Shown: positions 52,401 through 61,973 of the stretch, piece by piece | How the letters are laid out: every line of letters starts with the position of its first letter | Position numbering within the stretch: position 1 is the first letter of the stretch | Source: a virus | Taxonomy: Duplodnaviria > Caudoviricetes | Virus record (IMG/VR): IMGVR_UViG_3300020388_000011 | Coordinates: 32,001-96,000 of that record | Length of the DNA stretch: 64,000 nt | Direction: 5' to 3' (one strand) | Program-made: the position numbers and the translations under genes | Notes under the pieces: model-generated | Told to the model about the DNA's origin: nothing | Seen by the model: only the letters and a program-made list of their open reading frames with translations | Database searches by the model: none

Positions 52401-55400
52401 CAGAGACATTTACTAAAAGAAATTATAATCAACCAATTGAGGATTTGTACCCCCAGTTAGATACTGATAATATTAATAATAATCCAGCTTCTTCTGTTAC
52501 CTTTGCTGCTAGAGCACCTCTTGGTAAAGTTTCAATTGATAATAAGCAGACATCTATTACTAGAGAAACTATTGACAAATTGACCAAGAGTCAAAATGAA
52601 AATGTCATTGAACTAGTTACTGAAGGGGCATCAGAAACTGTAATTGAATTTCAGCGTGAGCACCAATATAATGGAGTATATAACTACACAACTTTAAATG
52701 GTGGTAGTGGATATACTGATGGCACTTACTATAATGTAAAGCTTCTAACGGATGGTATTTTTTGGGATGGTGCTAGTGCTGAAGTTACTGTTATCGCAGG
52801 CTCAGTAACTGAGTTGGTAATTATGGATCCAGGTTCTGGATATAAGGCTGGGGACACACTATTTCTTGACCCCTCAGGTTTAGGTCCTGGGGGTGGTGCA
52901 ACTGTTTCTATTAGTGCTAGTGACATTGAAAGTTCTATTGGATTCATCGCCCAATTTACTGGTGGTGGAGTACTAAATCCAGATTCTTTTGCTCCTATTA
53001 TTGATGTACCTTCGGCATCATCCATTACGGTTCATAATGAGTCTATCGCTGGTGTTACTACATCAATGTATGTTCTAACAACCGACAGTGGTACAGATAT
53101 TACATCTACACAATTTGATGCCGCAAGTGGAATAACTACATTTACGACCAATTCAACAACTGGATTTGGTTTACAAAGGGGTAATAGTTTTGTTGTTTTT
53201 GACGTAGATGGTAAAAACCTAGGTAAGTATTATGTCTCTGCCGTACCTGTACCATCTACAGTTACCGCTGTAACAAATGCCGATGTCAGTAGTGCTGTTA
53301 CATTGGGTAAATGTGGTTATGATGATAACGATGCAAATACTGGACCAGGGGGAGAAAATATTGGAGTACGTGGTGTCGCAGCATTTGATCTTGGTATCTT
53401 CTACTTAGTAGATGGTTCAGGAACAGACAATCAACTAACATTATCTGCCAATGATGGTGGAGTCACTGGTAGTGTTGCCCAAAAACTTCCTCTAGGAAGA
53501 TATTTACAACTTGGTTCAGAAATTGTGCGTATTGCTAGCACAAGCTTTGATGGACTAAATCTCAATATAGTTACTGTTATTCGTGGTGCTCTTGGAACTA
53601 GCGTTATTAATCATCCAGTAGGTACAAAGGTACGTGCCATCAAACCTCTAGCTATTGAGCTTCGCCGCCCATCTATCCTACGTGCTTCAGGTCATACTTT
53701 TGAGTATCTAGGATATGGTCCTGGTAACTACTCTACAGCACTACCACAGCTACAGGTTCGTCAGTTACCTGATGACGAAGTATATCTAGTGCAGGCGCAG
53801 GAGTTATCTTGTGGTCAGGTTGTATATACTGGTATGTCTGATAATGGAGATTTCTATATCGGTAATACCAAGTATTCTGCAACTTCTGGGACACAGATTA
53901 CATTTGACGTTCCTATTCCCACTATTGCTGGGCAAAACGCATCCAACAACAACGTTGTGTTTGATGAAGTTATCATCAACCGCCGCTTATTCGTTGCTGG
54001 TGGAGATGCTAATGAGGTTCTATCACAATTTGATGGTCCTGTTAAATTTACAGAAACAGTCAATCTAGAGTCATCATTAGGAGTTACTGGCAATAGTTCA
54101 TTAAATACTCTAAGTATTCTTTCAACATTAAACTCAGTATCACTTGATAATGGTGGAGCTCTAACTGTTCGCGGTGGTGCTGCTATTGCTAAAGACTTAT
54201 ATGTTGGTGGGGATGTTGAACTAACTGATCTCACAGTAAATGGCAACCTAGATGTGTTAGGGGACGCAGAATTTGGTCAGGATGTTGATATTGTCGGAGC
54301 TGTTGATATTGGTGAAACATTAACAGTGGGTGGTAATTTTACTGGCAATGGCGCCACCAATCAATTCAATGGTACTCTAGGTGTAACGGGTGATGCTGAT
54401 TTTGACAGTGATGTCAATATTGATGGGTCTGTTGACATTGGTAATGATCTAGATGTAGATGGAAACTTGGTTGTTAATGGATCTACTAACGCTATTAATG
54501 GTAATTTAACCGTAACAGGTAATATTACAATGACCAGGACAGACAGAGATCTCTACACTAATGGGATTATTGCTGTTAGTGGTAGTTCTCAAATGGACCT
54601 TTGGAGAAACCAGGTTAATAATTCTGCTGATATCAGTATTGGTGGTTCTGGTAATCAAGCTAAAGTAATTTTTAATACTACTAAGCTTGGTACAGGTGAG
54701 GGTGGTAGTGATGGTATCGCTTCATCCGATGGTGGTGTTGACATCAAAGGCTCTTTAGTTGTCCGCGATAAGGTTATTGCTAAAGAGTTTGTTGGTGATG
54801 GATTAGGTAAGCCTGGTTCAATTATTATGTGGGGTGGAAACGCAACTGAAAATAATGAGCAAACTCCTGGTAGTATTCCAAAAGGATATCTACTATGTAA
54901 TGGTAGATCATTGTCCAAAAATGCGTATCCTAAATTATATAGAGCTATCAGAGGTACTCATGGAGAAACTTCTACCACGTTCAGAATCCCTGATTTGCGT
55001 GAAAGATTTATTGTTGGTGCTGGGGGAAATAATCCCAATGTAACTCAGGTAAATGGATATAACATTGCTGGTACTGGTGGTGGAAATTTTGTCCAATTAA
55101 CAACAGCTCAAATTCCTGCTCATAACCATAGTATCAATCAACGATCTGTTGCCCACACCCACGATGTTAGTGGCACCACTAGTCAATATAATTGGAGACA
55201 CTCTCATTCAGGAACTGCTAATACACAAGGTGCCCATGGTCACACTCTCCAGAGTCAGGGAGATCATACTCACCCGCAGGATTTCCAACCCGCTGGTGGT
55301 CACTCTCACGGTTATACCCGAACTAGCGGTTCAAGCGGCGGGAGAGAAAATGGAGACAATAATGTTGTTGCAGAGCTAAACAACTTTAACTCTGGAACCA

Positions 55401-55660
55401 ATAACAATGGTACTCACGCTCACCCCCTTACGCTTTTTCCAAACGGCAGACATAGGCATAGTGTGGAGGGTGGCTCTGGAAACCACCAACACCCAGTTAG
55501 CACGGATTCGAGAGGAGAACAGCACAGTCATCAATGGAGTGGTACAAGTACTTCTAACCCGATTACACATAATCATACTGCTAATGATACTGGGGGCGGT
55601 CAGACACACGAGAATCGCCCCCCTTATATGGCTCTCTGCTATATTATCCAATACAAGTGA
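49427..55660 (+). CDS. Large tail fibre protein with tail-collar domain and His-rich needle
   Basis: Start MPLNKLENF after TAAATA (49385-49390). Collar PGSIIMW...P.GYLLCNG......YPKLY.AI...FRIPDLR.RF.VG, 11 HxH motifs, ending HENRPPY.AL.YII. Confidence 0.85.
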   Translation: MPLNKLENFIKNTDGRTIYVNPNDINATDAISNQGTSLTEPFRTVQRALIESARFSYVRGNDNDLIEKTTIVLYPGNHTIDNRPGYGIKTNNIGAAVAVSPTGEEVAPATVFNLKSDTNFDIESTNNILWHFNSIYGGVVVPRGTSIVGMDLRKTKIRPKYVPNPTDPSVDGSAIFRITGSCYFWQFTIFDGPENGLVYTDPKDFSLNNQSRPSFSHHKLTGFEYADGVNPIERFGELTDLQMYYDKLSNAYNEASGRNIDEKFPQDPEGFAPMLPEYQIVGAFATDPIRIASLISGDGFTPDSVITVETVIPHGLSTGTPIKIRGVAVSDYNISTKVAVIISPTSFTYPLAFVRPELPARPSVSSATVTVETDTVTGASPYIFNVSMRSVWGINGMLADGAKATGFRSMVVAQFTAISLQKDDRAFVKYNDQSRRYNGINVSTTVRGAELSAESSSTNSATVYHLDPRAVYRPEWETTHIKMSNDAVIQIVSVFAIGFNQHFAAVNGADASITNSNSNFGQFALLSIGFKNDAFAKDDTGFVTQVITPKTAYNPSEDEISRIGWVNIDFDITRTQAIPAQLYLLGYTNKEDRPPFINQGFRLGANNEEVLYQETAASGDKQASIFMVDNLISGANRAAFGTNIAVKSYPVLAGPGQGPTSGSTLTLPPHGLLNGETIRVFSANADLPENMEEGQLYYANVVDTENIRISTSESNALNDIFLEIFGGTELRVESRVNDKSAGEPGHPMQFDDIVGNWFVHTNSNSELYQYIILNPTSQEGFDFVSYYLRASDNRSLDDKLYRLRYVIPKETSNAKPPTPGYVIQSSSTTGARNNDDFDLTTLTFRDYEYDRNPRYIVDCNYIPITAEIEVRSQIPHQLSVGDKINTLNITSTKNPDAVDGRGYDGEFLVTRVDNARVFRYSSTDIKGFTRDLIGDLFTNDTNDRNILLPRFQRKDNQTDVFVYRIEEIVAFTEGVRDGIYHLFCVNGSNAVTETFTKRNYNQPIEDLYPQLDTDNINNNPASSVTFAARAPLGKVSIDNKQTSITRETIDKLTKSQNENVIELVTEGASETVIEFQREHQYNGVYNYTTLNGGSGYTDGTYYNVKLLTDGIFWDGASAEVTVIAGSVTELVIMDPGSGYKAGDTLFLDPSGLGPGGGATVSISASDIESSIGFIAQFTGGGVLNPDSFAPIIDVPSASSITVHNESIAGVTTSMYVLTTDSGTDITSTQFDAASGITTFTTNSTTGFGLQRGNSFVVFDVDGKNLGKYYVSAVPVPSTVTAVTNADVSSAVTLGKCGYDDNDANTGPGGENIGVRGVAAFDLGIFYLVDGSGTDNQLTLSANDGGVTGSVAQKLPLGRYLQLGSEIVRIASTSFDGLNLNIVTVIRGALGTSVINHPVGTKVRAIKPLAIELRRPSILRASGHTFEYLGYGPGNYSTALPQLQVRQLPDDEVYLVQAQELSCGQVVYTGMSDNGDFYIGNTKYSATSGTQITFDVPIPTIAGQNASNNNVVFDEVIINRRLFVAGGDANEVLSQFDGPVKFTETVNLESSLGVTGNSSLNTLSILSTLNSVSLDNGGALTVRGGAAIAKDLYVGGDVELTDLTVNGNLDVLGDAEFGQDVDIVGAVDIGETLTVGGNFTGNGATNQFNGTLGVTGDADFDSDVNIDGSVDIGNDLDVDGNLVVNGSTNAINGNLTVTGNITMTRTDRDLYTNGIIAVSGSSQMDLWRNQVNNSADISIGGSGNQAKVIFNTTKLGTGEGGSDGIASSDGGVDIKGSLVVRDKVIAKEFVGDGLGKPGSIIMWGGNATENNEQTPGSIPKGYLLCNGRSLSKNAYPKLYRAIRGTHGETSTTFRIPDLRERFIVGAGGNNPNVTQVNGYNIAGTGGGNFVQLTTAQIPAHNHSINQRSVAHTHDVSGTTSQYNWRHSHSGTANTQGAHGHTLQSQGDHTHPQDFQPAGGHSHGYTRTSGSSGGRENGDNNVVAELNNFNSGTNNNGTHAHPLTLFPNGRHRHSVEGGSGNHQHPVSTDSRGEQHSHQWSGTSTSNPITHNHTANDTGGGQTHENRPPYMALCYIIQYK

Positions 55661-55666
55661 TACTTT

Positions 55667-55695
55667 AGTCCCCTTAAAAAAGGGGGCTTTTTTTT
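55667..55695 (+). terminator. Intrinsic terminator
   Basis: AGTCCCC...GGGGGCT hairpin followed by a T-run. Late promoter TATAAATA follows at 55699-55706. Confidence 0.75.
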
Positions 55696-55737
55696 GTATA
55701 TAAATAATACCAAGGCATTCTAACCATCTTATAAGTA

Positions 55738-58113
55738 ATGGCGAATTTTAATAAGGCATTTAACTTCCGTGGGGGGTTTCAGGTTGATACTGACGTTTTT
55801 ATTGTAAGAGGTCAGAACGTTGGTATTGGGTCAACTATTCCAAATGATCGCCTGGTTGTTGATGGTACTATTAAAGCCAAATCAGTTGGTGTAGATAGTA
55901 TTTCTGTAGAGAGATCTAATGTTGGCATCCTTACCGTAACGGATACTTTAGATATTGGTGTTGAGACTGGTAGTAATGAGCCGTTTCCATTAGGTTCTCC
56001 GCAAGTAAGAATAACTACGGGTATTATTACCGCAGCAAATCCTGCTATTGGATTTGTTACTTATTACGGTGATGGTGGTAATCTATTGAACCTACCTACA
56101 TCACAGTGGGTTGATACTGATGTTGGTCTTGGTTTTACTAGCATTTACGCTGCAGGAAATGTTGGGGTGGGCACCACAGACCCAAGATTTACCTTCCAGG
56201 TCGGTTCTACACCGATAACTGGATTGTCTGGATTTAATAGTGCTCCTGGGGTTGGCATTGATAGTGGGAGTATTTGGGCAACAAATGATATAAGAATTGG
56301 TGGTGATGTTGAGATTGGTGGGGATGTTGAGATTGATGGTAATATTGAGATTGATGGTGGAATTACTATTGGTGGAACCTTCCCATCATCAATTGATGGA
56401 AATTTAAATATTGGTGGTTTTGTTTCTGTTGGCAGTACTCTTTTTGTCTCTGGTATTGTCACAGCACAGGAATTGGCTGGTATTGGTAGCCTAATTACAT
56501 TGATCAATGCGGATAATATTGCTATTGGATCTATTGGTTCAATGCGATATGGTGATATAATTACTACAAAGGAAGTATATGCTGATAGGTTTATTGGAAC
56601 AGCAACATCAGCAGAAAGCTTAGTTCCAGGGGCACAGATTACAATTGATACTCTAGTAGCTAATACTGTTACTGCTAATAGGTTTATTGGAACAGCAACA
56701 TCAGCAGAAGACTTAACTCCAGACGCACAAATCTCTATTGATAGTATAGAAGCTAATACTATTGATGCTGTAGACCGATTCACTACTATTGATGGTAATA
56801 TTGCTGTTGGACACACCGATACTGGAACAATTGGTGATATTGATGTTCGTAAAACGTCTAGTGACTCCACAATATACTCACTAACTTCAACCGATTCCAC
56901 TGGTAGAATGTTTGTAGGTCATGAAAGGGAAGTAGCATCTAATAATGGCTTTGGTGGTCTTAGATTCGGTGGCAATATTTCTGGATCACCACTTAGTGGT
57001 TTGAATGATTTAGATCTTGTCAACTATGATGTGGGCAATTTAAATTATTATCTACATGATGGCAGTTCAGCTGGAGGAACTTTAGGTAACTTTAGATGGA
57101 TTAATGGGCAATTAGATATTGTCTTAATGGAATTAACTAGTAATGGGGGGCTTGTATTACCTGGAAATGGAGATGTAACTCAACCATCACTAGAAGTAAC
57201 AACTGGCTTCTCAACATTCAAAGGTGCTGCCACTTTTGATAGTACAGTGGATATTCTCGGCAATACCTCAGTTAGTAGTGATCTTTCTGTAGCAGGTGAA
57301 ATAAGTTTTGGAAGTATTTTAATTACTGGTCCTATTGAAGTACCATCTTTACTAGCTTCTACTGAAGTTCTTGTTGGTTCTGACCCCTCACTTGGTGGAA
57401 CGGGTGTTAAGCTTGAATCTGGTGGAGGTATTACTGCATCTAACTCTCTCAATATTGGCTCTAGTGTAATTACTAGTTCTGGAGTGAACGCAACAACTTT
57501 AAATGCAACTACATCAACCATTACTGGAGCTCTATCTGCTAATGCTATAAGTGCAGATAGCCTCAGCACTCCTGGCTGTAGTATTAATTCTGCTGGCGAT
57601 GCTGGGTTTAATGTCTTAACTGCAAATTCTCTTACCGTAGGTAGTTTTAATATTACGACTGGATCTATTGATAACTTAACCACACAATCTATCAGTGCAA
57701 CCAATGGTAATATTACTAATTTAGTCAGCACTACCATAGGCGTTAGCACTTTAACCAGTGATACTATGATCACAACCAACGGGGAAATTACGCAACTAGA
57801 AGTTGGCGGTATTTCTCCTCTTGCTCCTGGATCACCAATCACAATAAACAATCTTAGTTCTACTACTGCCAGTCTTGATACTATCACTTCAAATAACATC
57901 AATGTCTCTAGTACTGTTGCTACTAATATTTTAACTGCTTCTACTTCTGTTACTGCTGGTACAATTATTTCTAGTCTTTTGAGCGGTGATGATGGTCAGA
58001 GTTTCATAGACTTTGTTGTTGATGGGGTGAATGAGGAACTAGTTATTACTGTGTACACTTCTGGTCCATCTCTTCGTGGTTCTATAACATTACCATATGT
58101 GCCTGTCCCATAG
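55738..58113 (+). CDS. Virion structural/fibre protein
   Basis: KAFNFRGG.QVD N-terminus, VGIGST/VGVGTT repeats and a Ser/Thr-rich beta shaft. Confidence 0.7.
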   Translation: MANFNKAFNFRGGFQVDTDVFIVRGQNVGIGSTIPNDRLVVDGTIKAKSVGVDSISVERSNVGILTVTDTLDIGVETGSNEPFPLGSPQVRITTGIITAANPAIGFVTYYGDGGNLLNLPTSQWVDTDVGLGFTSIYAAGNVGVGTTDPRFTFQVGSTPITGLSGFNSAPGVGIDSGSIWATNDIRIGGDVEIGGDVEIDGNIEIDGGITIGGTFPSSIDGNLNIGGFVSVGSTLFVSGIVTAQELAGIGSLITLINADNIAIGSIGSMRYGDIITTKEVYADRFIGTATSAESLVPGAQITIDTLVANTVTANRFIGTATSAEDLTPDAQISIDSIEANTIDAVDRFTTIDGNIAVGHTDTGTIGDIDVRKTSSDSTIYSLTSTDSTGRMFVGHEREVASNNGFGGLRFGGNISGSPLSGLNDLDLVNYDVGNLNYYLHDGSSAGGTLGNFRWINGQLDIVLMELTSNGGLVLPGNGDVTQPSLEVTTGFSTFKGAATFDSTVDILGNTSVSSDLSVAGEISFGSILITGPIEVPSLLASTEVLVGSDPSLGGTGVKLESGGGITASNSLNIGSSVITSSGVNATTLNATTSTITGALSANAISADSLSTPGCSINSAGDAGFNVLTANSLTVGSFNITTGSIDNLTTQSISATNGNITNLVSTTIGVSTLTSDTMITTNGEITQLEVGGISPLAPGSPITINNLSSTTASLDTITSNNINVSSTVATNILTASTSVTAGTIISSLLSGDDGQSFIDFVVDGVNEELVITVYTSGPSLRGSITLPYVPVP

Positions 58114-58156
58114 CTAGAACTTTTATGCTATAATATCCTTATATAATGCCAGATCA

Positions 58157-58552
58157 ATGCTAAAACCTATTCTCGCAGCAATTATATTCTCTCTTACACC
58201 AGTTGCCACACTGGCACAGGAGCAAGAGCCATATGACTATACTGGTTCTACACTTAGACAGCAGCAGTATCAGATCTATGAGCTAAACCGTCGCCTTCAG
58301 GTTCAAGGGAACCAGAGGGAGATTCAAATGCTCCAAGATCGTGTAGCGAATGGAGGTCAGCCACCCAAACAAGTTATAGTTGAACAAAGAACTAACCCAC
58401 TAGTGCCTATCCTAGGTGCTGCTATATTGGGTGGTGCTATTATCTACGGTGCTAATCAGAACAACCGTAGCTATCATCATCACCACGAATATTACCGAGA
58501 TGGTAGAAGATACCGTATCTGTAGAGACCGCCACCGTCGTTATTATTGTTAA
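58157..58552 (+). CDS. Exported/membrane hypothetical protein
   Basis: Signal-peptide-like N-terminus (...VATLA/QE), GAAILGGAII glycine zipper and a His/Arg/Tyr-rich tail. Confidence 0.6.
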   Translation: MLKPILAAIIFSLTPVATLAQEQEPYDYTGSTLRQQQYQIYELNRRLQVQGNQREIQMLQDRVANGGQPPKQVIVEQRTNPLVPILGAAILGGAIIYGANQNNRSYHHHHEYYRDGRRYRICRDRHRRYYC

Positions 58553-58554
58553 TT

Positions 58555-58764
58555 ATGGATTCTGTAGCACTATTTCTTTCTAGGGACTACACATTAAGTA
58601 TTATTCAAGCATTACGTGAAGCAAAGGAGAGGTGTGAAGGAGATGGGCGTAGGATTATGGCTAAACAATATGAAGAAGTTGAGACCATTATGCGTTCTCA
58701 ACACGATATTGCCCAAAGTATTAGGGAGAATATGGATCGGAACGGCGGCGACTATTCACTATGA
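58555..58764 (+). CDS. Hypothetical protein
   Basis: Tightly packed ORF. ATG 58555 preferred. Confidence 0.5.
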   Translation: MDSVALFLSRDYTLSIIQALREAKERCEGDGRRIMAKQYEEVETIMRSQHDIAQSIRENMDRNGGDYSL

Positions 58765-58979
58765 AAAGTTATGTCATCTTTTCGGCAGCCAGACACTTTA
58801 GTAACGTTGAGTATGAAAAATATCTTAGGATTGCTACTCCAGATGAGATGGAGAAAGATCAGGTGAATATCAATACTTTCCAGCAGATTGCTGGTGTTCC
58901 AACACACCTTGATCATAGGGATATTATTATCAATGCTATAAAATCTGACAATCTTGTTTATATTAAAGTTATTGACTAA
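58761..58979 (+). CDS. Hypothetical protein
   Basis: ATGA overlap with the previous ORF. Confidence 0.5.
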   Translation: MKSYVIFSAARHFSNVEYEKYLRIATPDEMEKDQVNINTFQQIAGVPTHLDHRDIIINAIKSDNLVYIKVID

Positions 58980-59013
58980 TATGTGTTATAATGGAATCAA
59001 CTAAATCTTTGCT

Positions 59014-59739
59014 ATGAATCATAATCTTATCTTAGGTGAGTGCTTAGAGGAGATGTCTAAGCTAGATGATGATTGTGTTGACATGATCCTAACGGATTTA
59101 CCATATGGAACAACTGCATGTAAGTGGGACAGTATCATTCCCCTAGAAGAGATGTGGGAACAATTCAATAGAATCTGCAAGCAAGATGGGGCTATGGTAT
59201 TTACAGCACAGCAGCCATTCACCACCACATTAGCAGCATCAAACCTGAAGAACTTTAGGTATGAGTGGATATGGGAGAAGCCGCAAGGTACTAACCCAAT
59301 GAATGCTAAGGTAATGCCTTTGAAGTCACATGAGAATATTCTAGTCTTCTATCGTAAGAAGCCAGTATATAATCCACAGATGGAGAAGGGTACACCTTAT
59401 GGTGGGTTTAGCTCTGATACTGCTAAGATTGGTGAGGTCTATGGTAGCGCCAAGAGTAAGCATAGAGACAACCCAGAAGGCACAAGATACCCAAAGACAG
59501 TGCTCAGGCATAAGCAAGAGAAGGGCTTACATCCAACACAGAAGCCAACTACATTGATGGAGTATCTAATAAGAACATACACCAACGAAGGTGATACTGT
59601 ATTAGATGCAACTATGGGTTCTGGTACTACCGGTGTTGCTTGTAATAACACAGATAGAAACTTTATTGGTATTGAACAGGATGAGGAGTATTATAAGATC
59701 TGTCAGGAACGCATTCAGGTGGCTAGGCTCCCCTTCTGA
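59014..59739 (+). CDS. DNA amino-methyltransferase (N6-A/N4-C, beta class)
   Basis: Motif IV TDLPYG lies N-terminal to HPTQKP and motif I VLDATMGSGTTG...FIGIE. Confidence 0.92.
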   Translation: MNHNLILGECLEEMSKLDDDCVDMILTDLPYGTTACKWDSIIPLEEMWEQFNRICKQDGAMVFTAQQPFTTTLAASNLKNFRYEWIWEKPQGTNPMNAKVMPLKSHENILVFYRKKPVYNPQMEKGTPYGGFSSDTAKIGEVYGSAKSKHRDNPEGTRYPKTVLRHKQEKGLHPTQKPTTLMEYLIRTYTNEGDTVLDATMGSGTTGVACNNTDRNFIGIEQDEEYYKICQERIQVARLPF

Positions 59740-59821
59740 CCAATCTACAAAGTGTCACACCAAGCCTCTCACGGATCCCGTGGGGGGCTATACTAGTTGT
59801 ATCAACAGAGCAGAGAACCAC

Positions 59822-61075
59822 GTGATTCAGCTTCGTCCCCACCAACAGCAAGGCACCGATGCTATGGACGTAGCTTCCCGTGGAATCATCTTGGTTCCTA
59901 CTGGTGGTGGTAAGACCTTGATGGGCATTATGGACGCCTGTAAGCGCTTTGAGAGCGCTTCTGAGCCCATCTCCATCATTGTTGTGGCTCCACGTCTCCT
60001 GCTCGCCAACCAGCTCTGTGAAGAGTATATGGAGGTCATCAAAGATCAAGTCTCTACTCAAGTTGTTCCCGCTCATATTCATTCTGGGGACACCTCACAT
60101 TTCTCTACCACCAAAGCCAGTGAGATCCGTAACTTCATCTCTATGACCCAGGCAGCGGGTCTTCACAGCATCTTCTTTACCACCTATCACAGCCTTCATA
60201 GACTCGCTGAGAGTAGTGTTCATGCTGACACCATTTACTTTGACGAGGCACACAACAGCGTCCAAAGGGGCTTCTATCCAGCTGTAAAGTTCTTCTCAGA
60301 GACCACGCAACGCGCATTCTTCTTCACCGCCACACCTAAGCACAGTGTGACCCCAAAGAAGCCTGGTATGAACGACAGCAGTGTCTATGGAAACGTCATC
60401 GTCAACGTAGAGGCTTCTAAGCTTGTCCAAGGGGGCTTCATTGTTCGTCCACAGGTCGTAGCACGTGAGCTACGTATGCTTCAGCGGGACGAATTGACTT
60501 CTGAGCGTGACTCTGAGCACATCATCCAGAGCATTGACGAGAGTCGCGTTAGTAAGGTTCTGGTCTGCGCCAAGAGTGTAAAACAGATCACTCGTATGGT
60601 TGCTGAGTCTACCTTTGTGAATGACTTGAAGGCACGTGGCTTCTCCTATATGTACATCTCTGCAAAGACTGGTGCAGTCATCGATGGACGCAAAGTAACA
60701 CGCGAAACATTCTTTAAGACACTCAATGCTTGGGGCGCTGACAACACGAAGCAGTTTGTAGTTCTTCACCACTCTATCCTCTCTGAAGGTATCAATGTTT
60801 CTGGTCTTGAAGCTGTTATTATGCTGAGAGCTATGGATGCTATCGGTATTTCTCAGACCATCGGTCGTGTGATCCGTTTACACAAAGATGATGCTGCTGG
60901 TCTCCGTGCGGGAACCATCACTCCTGGTGATACTGACGCTTACACTAAGTCTTTTGGTTTGGTGATTGTACCTGTATTCAACAGGGCTCAACAGGGCGTA
61001 GCACGTTCTATTGATAAGATTGTGGACCTTGTATTTGAGCAAGGTGGTGCTGCTACTTCTGTCATTCGGAGATAA
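59822..61075 (+). CDS. SF2 (DEAD/ResIII-like) helicase
   Basis: LRPHQ, PTGGGKT, FDEAH, TATP, LSEGI and QTIGRVIR motifs. GTG 59822 preferred, since the upstream part of the track ORF overlaps the MTase. Confidence 0.88.
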   Translation: MIQLRPHQQQGTDAMDVASRGIILVPTGGGKTLMGIMDACKRFESASEPISIIVVAPRLLLANQLCEEYMEVIKDQVSTQVVPAHIHSGDTSHFSTTKASEIRNFISMTQAAGLHSIFFTTYHSLHRLAESSVHADTIYFDEAHNSVQRGFYPAVKFFSETTQRAFFFTATPKHSVTPKKPGMNDSSVYGNVIVNVEASKLVQGGFIVRPQVVARELRMLQRDELTSERDSEHIIQSIDESRVSKVLVCAKSVKQITRMVAESTFVNDLKARGFSYMYISAKTGAVIDGRKVTRETFFKTLNAWGADNTKQFVVLHHSILSEGINVSGLEAVIMLRAMDAIGISQTIGRVIRLHKDDAAGLRAGTITPGDTDAYTKSFGLVIVPVFNRAQQGVARSIDKIVDLVFEQGGAATSVIRR

Positions 61076-61240
61076 ATAAACATATAAGGTTAAAATAAAA
61101 TAATGTCAGCTATCATTTTTCCAGAAAATCCCACACTAAATGAACAGTTTCTAGCGGGTGATTATGCGTTTCAATGGAATGGAACTGCTTGGATTGGAAT
61201 ATCAGTATCACCAGAGGGATTAGAAGGTGCTACTGGACCC
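61061..61240 (+). repeat. Direct repeat copy 1 (about 180 nt; copy 2 at about 61932-62110)
   Basis: GTCATTCGGAGATAAATA plus the leader and the first ~45 codons are duplicated. Confidence 0.85.
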
Positions 61241-61924
61241 CAAGGACCTAATGGTCCCACTGGTCCTGATGGTCCTTCTGGTCCTGACGGTCCTGATGGT
61301 CCCACTGGTCCTGATGGTCCTTCTGGTCCTCCTGGTCCAAGCGTCACTGGTCCTCCTGGTCCCGATGGTCCTGACGGTCCCGATGGTCCTCCTGGTCCAA
61401 GCGTCACTGGTCCTCCTGGTCCCGATGGTCCTCCTGGTCCTTCAGTAACTGGTCCTCCTGGTCCTCCTGGTCCTGTTGGTCCTGTTCCTAGTTTTGCTTT
61501 TGTGTCTCATCAACAACCAAGTGGAACAAATGGTGGGGCGTTAATTGCTGGATATCAAACGCAACCATTGAATACTGAATTTGATCCCGATGGTATAGTT
61601 ACTCTGAGTAATAACCAATTCACTCTTGGTGTTGGTACTTACGTAATTGAGTGGGCAGCTCCTGCGCGGGATAATAGTGGGCAAAGATCAAAACTGACAA
61701 ATGTTACATCTAATTCGGTTCAAGCATTAGGTAGCTCCGTTATCAGTTCGAGTAGTGGTAAGTTTTCAAATGGTACAACGAAAGTAGTGATTTCATCTAA
61801 TACAACATTTAAAATTGAAACTTATTCTGTACAAGGATCTTTTGGTAATACTGAAGGTCTAGGGGGTGCTGTCAGTTCTGGTGACAACGAAGTTTATGCT
61901 TCAGTCTCTATTTTTAAATATTGA
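61103..61924 (+). CDS. Mini collagen-like fibre/decoration protein (GPD/GPP/GPS repeats)
   Basis: FPENP..N.QF....Y..QWNG.AW cap, G-P-X tract and a C1q/BclA-C-like beta domain. Late-type ATAAATA upstream. Confidence 0.8.
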   Translation: MSAIIFPENPTLNEQFLAGDYAFQWNGTAWIGISVSPEGLEGATGPQGPNGPTGPDGPSGPDGPDGPTGPDGPSGPPGPSVTGPPGPDGPDGPDGPPGPSVTGPPGPDGPPGPSVTGPPGPPGPVGPVPSFAFVSHQQPSGTNGGALIAGYQTQPLNTEFDPDGIVTLSNNQFTLGVGTYVIEWAAPARDNSGQRSKLTNVTSNSVQALGSSVISSSSGKFSNGTTKVVISSNTTFKIETYSVQGSFGNTEGLGGAVSSGDNEVYASVSIFKY

Positions 61925-61973
61925 CACTGTAGTCATTCGGAGATAAATACACCTATAATGTTAAAATAACATA

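Noticed and set aside
59014-61075. MTase plus helicase as a type III restriction-modification system
   Set aside because: The MTase is a small solitary beta-class enzyme, the helicase shows no nuclease domain, and each gene has its own promoter.
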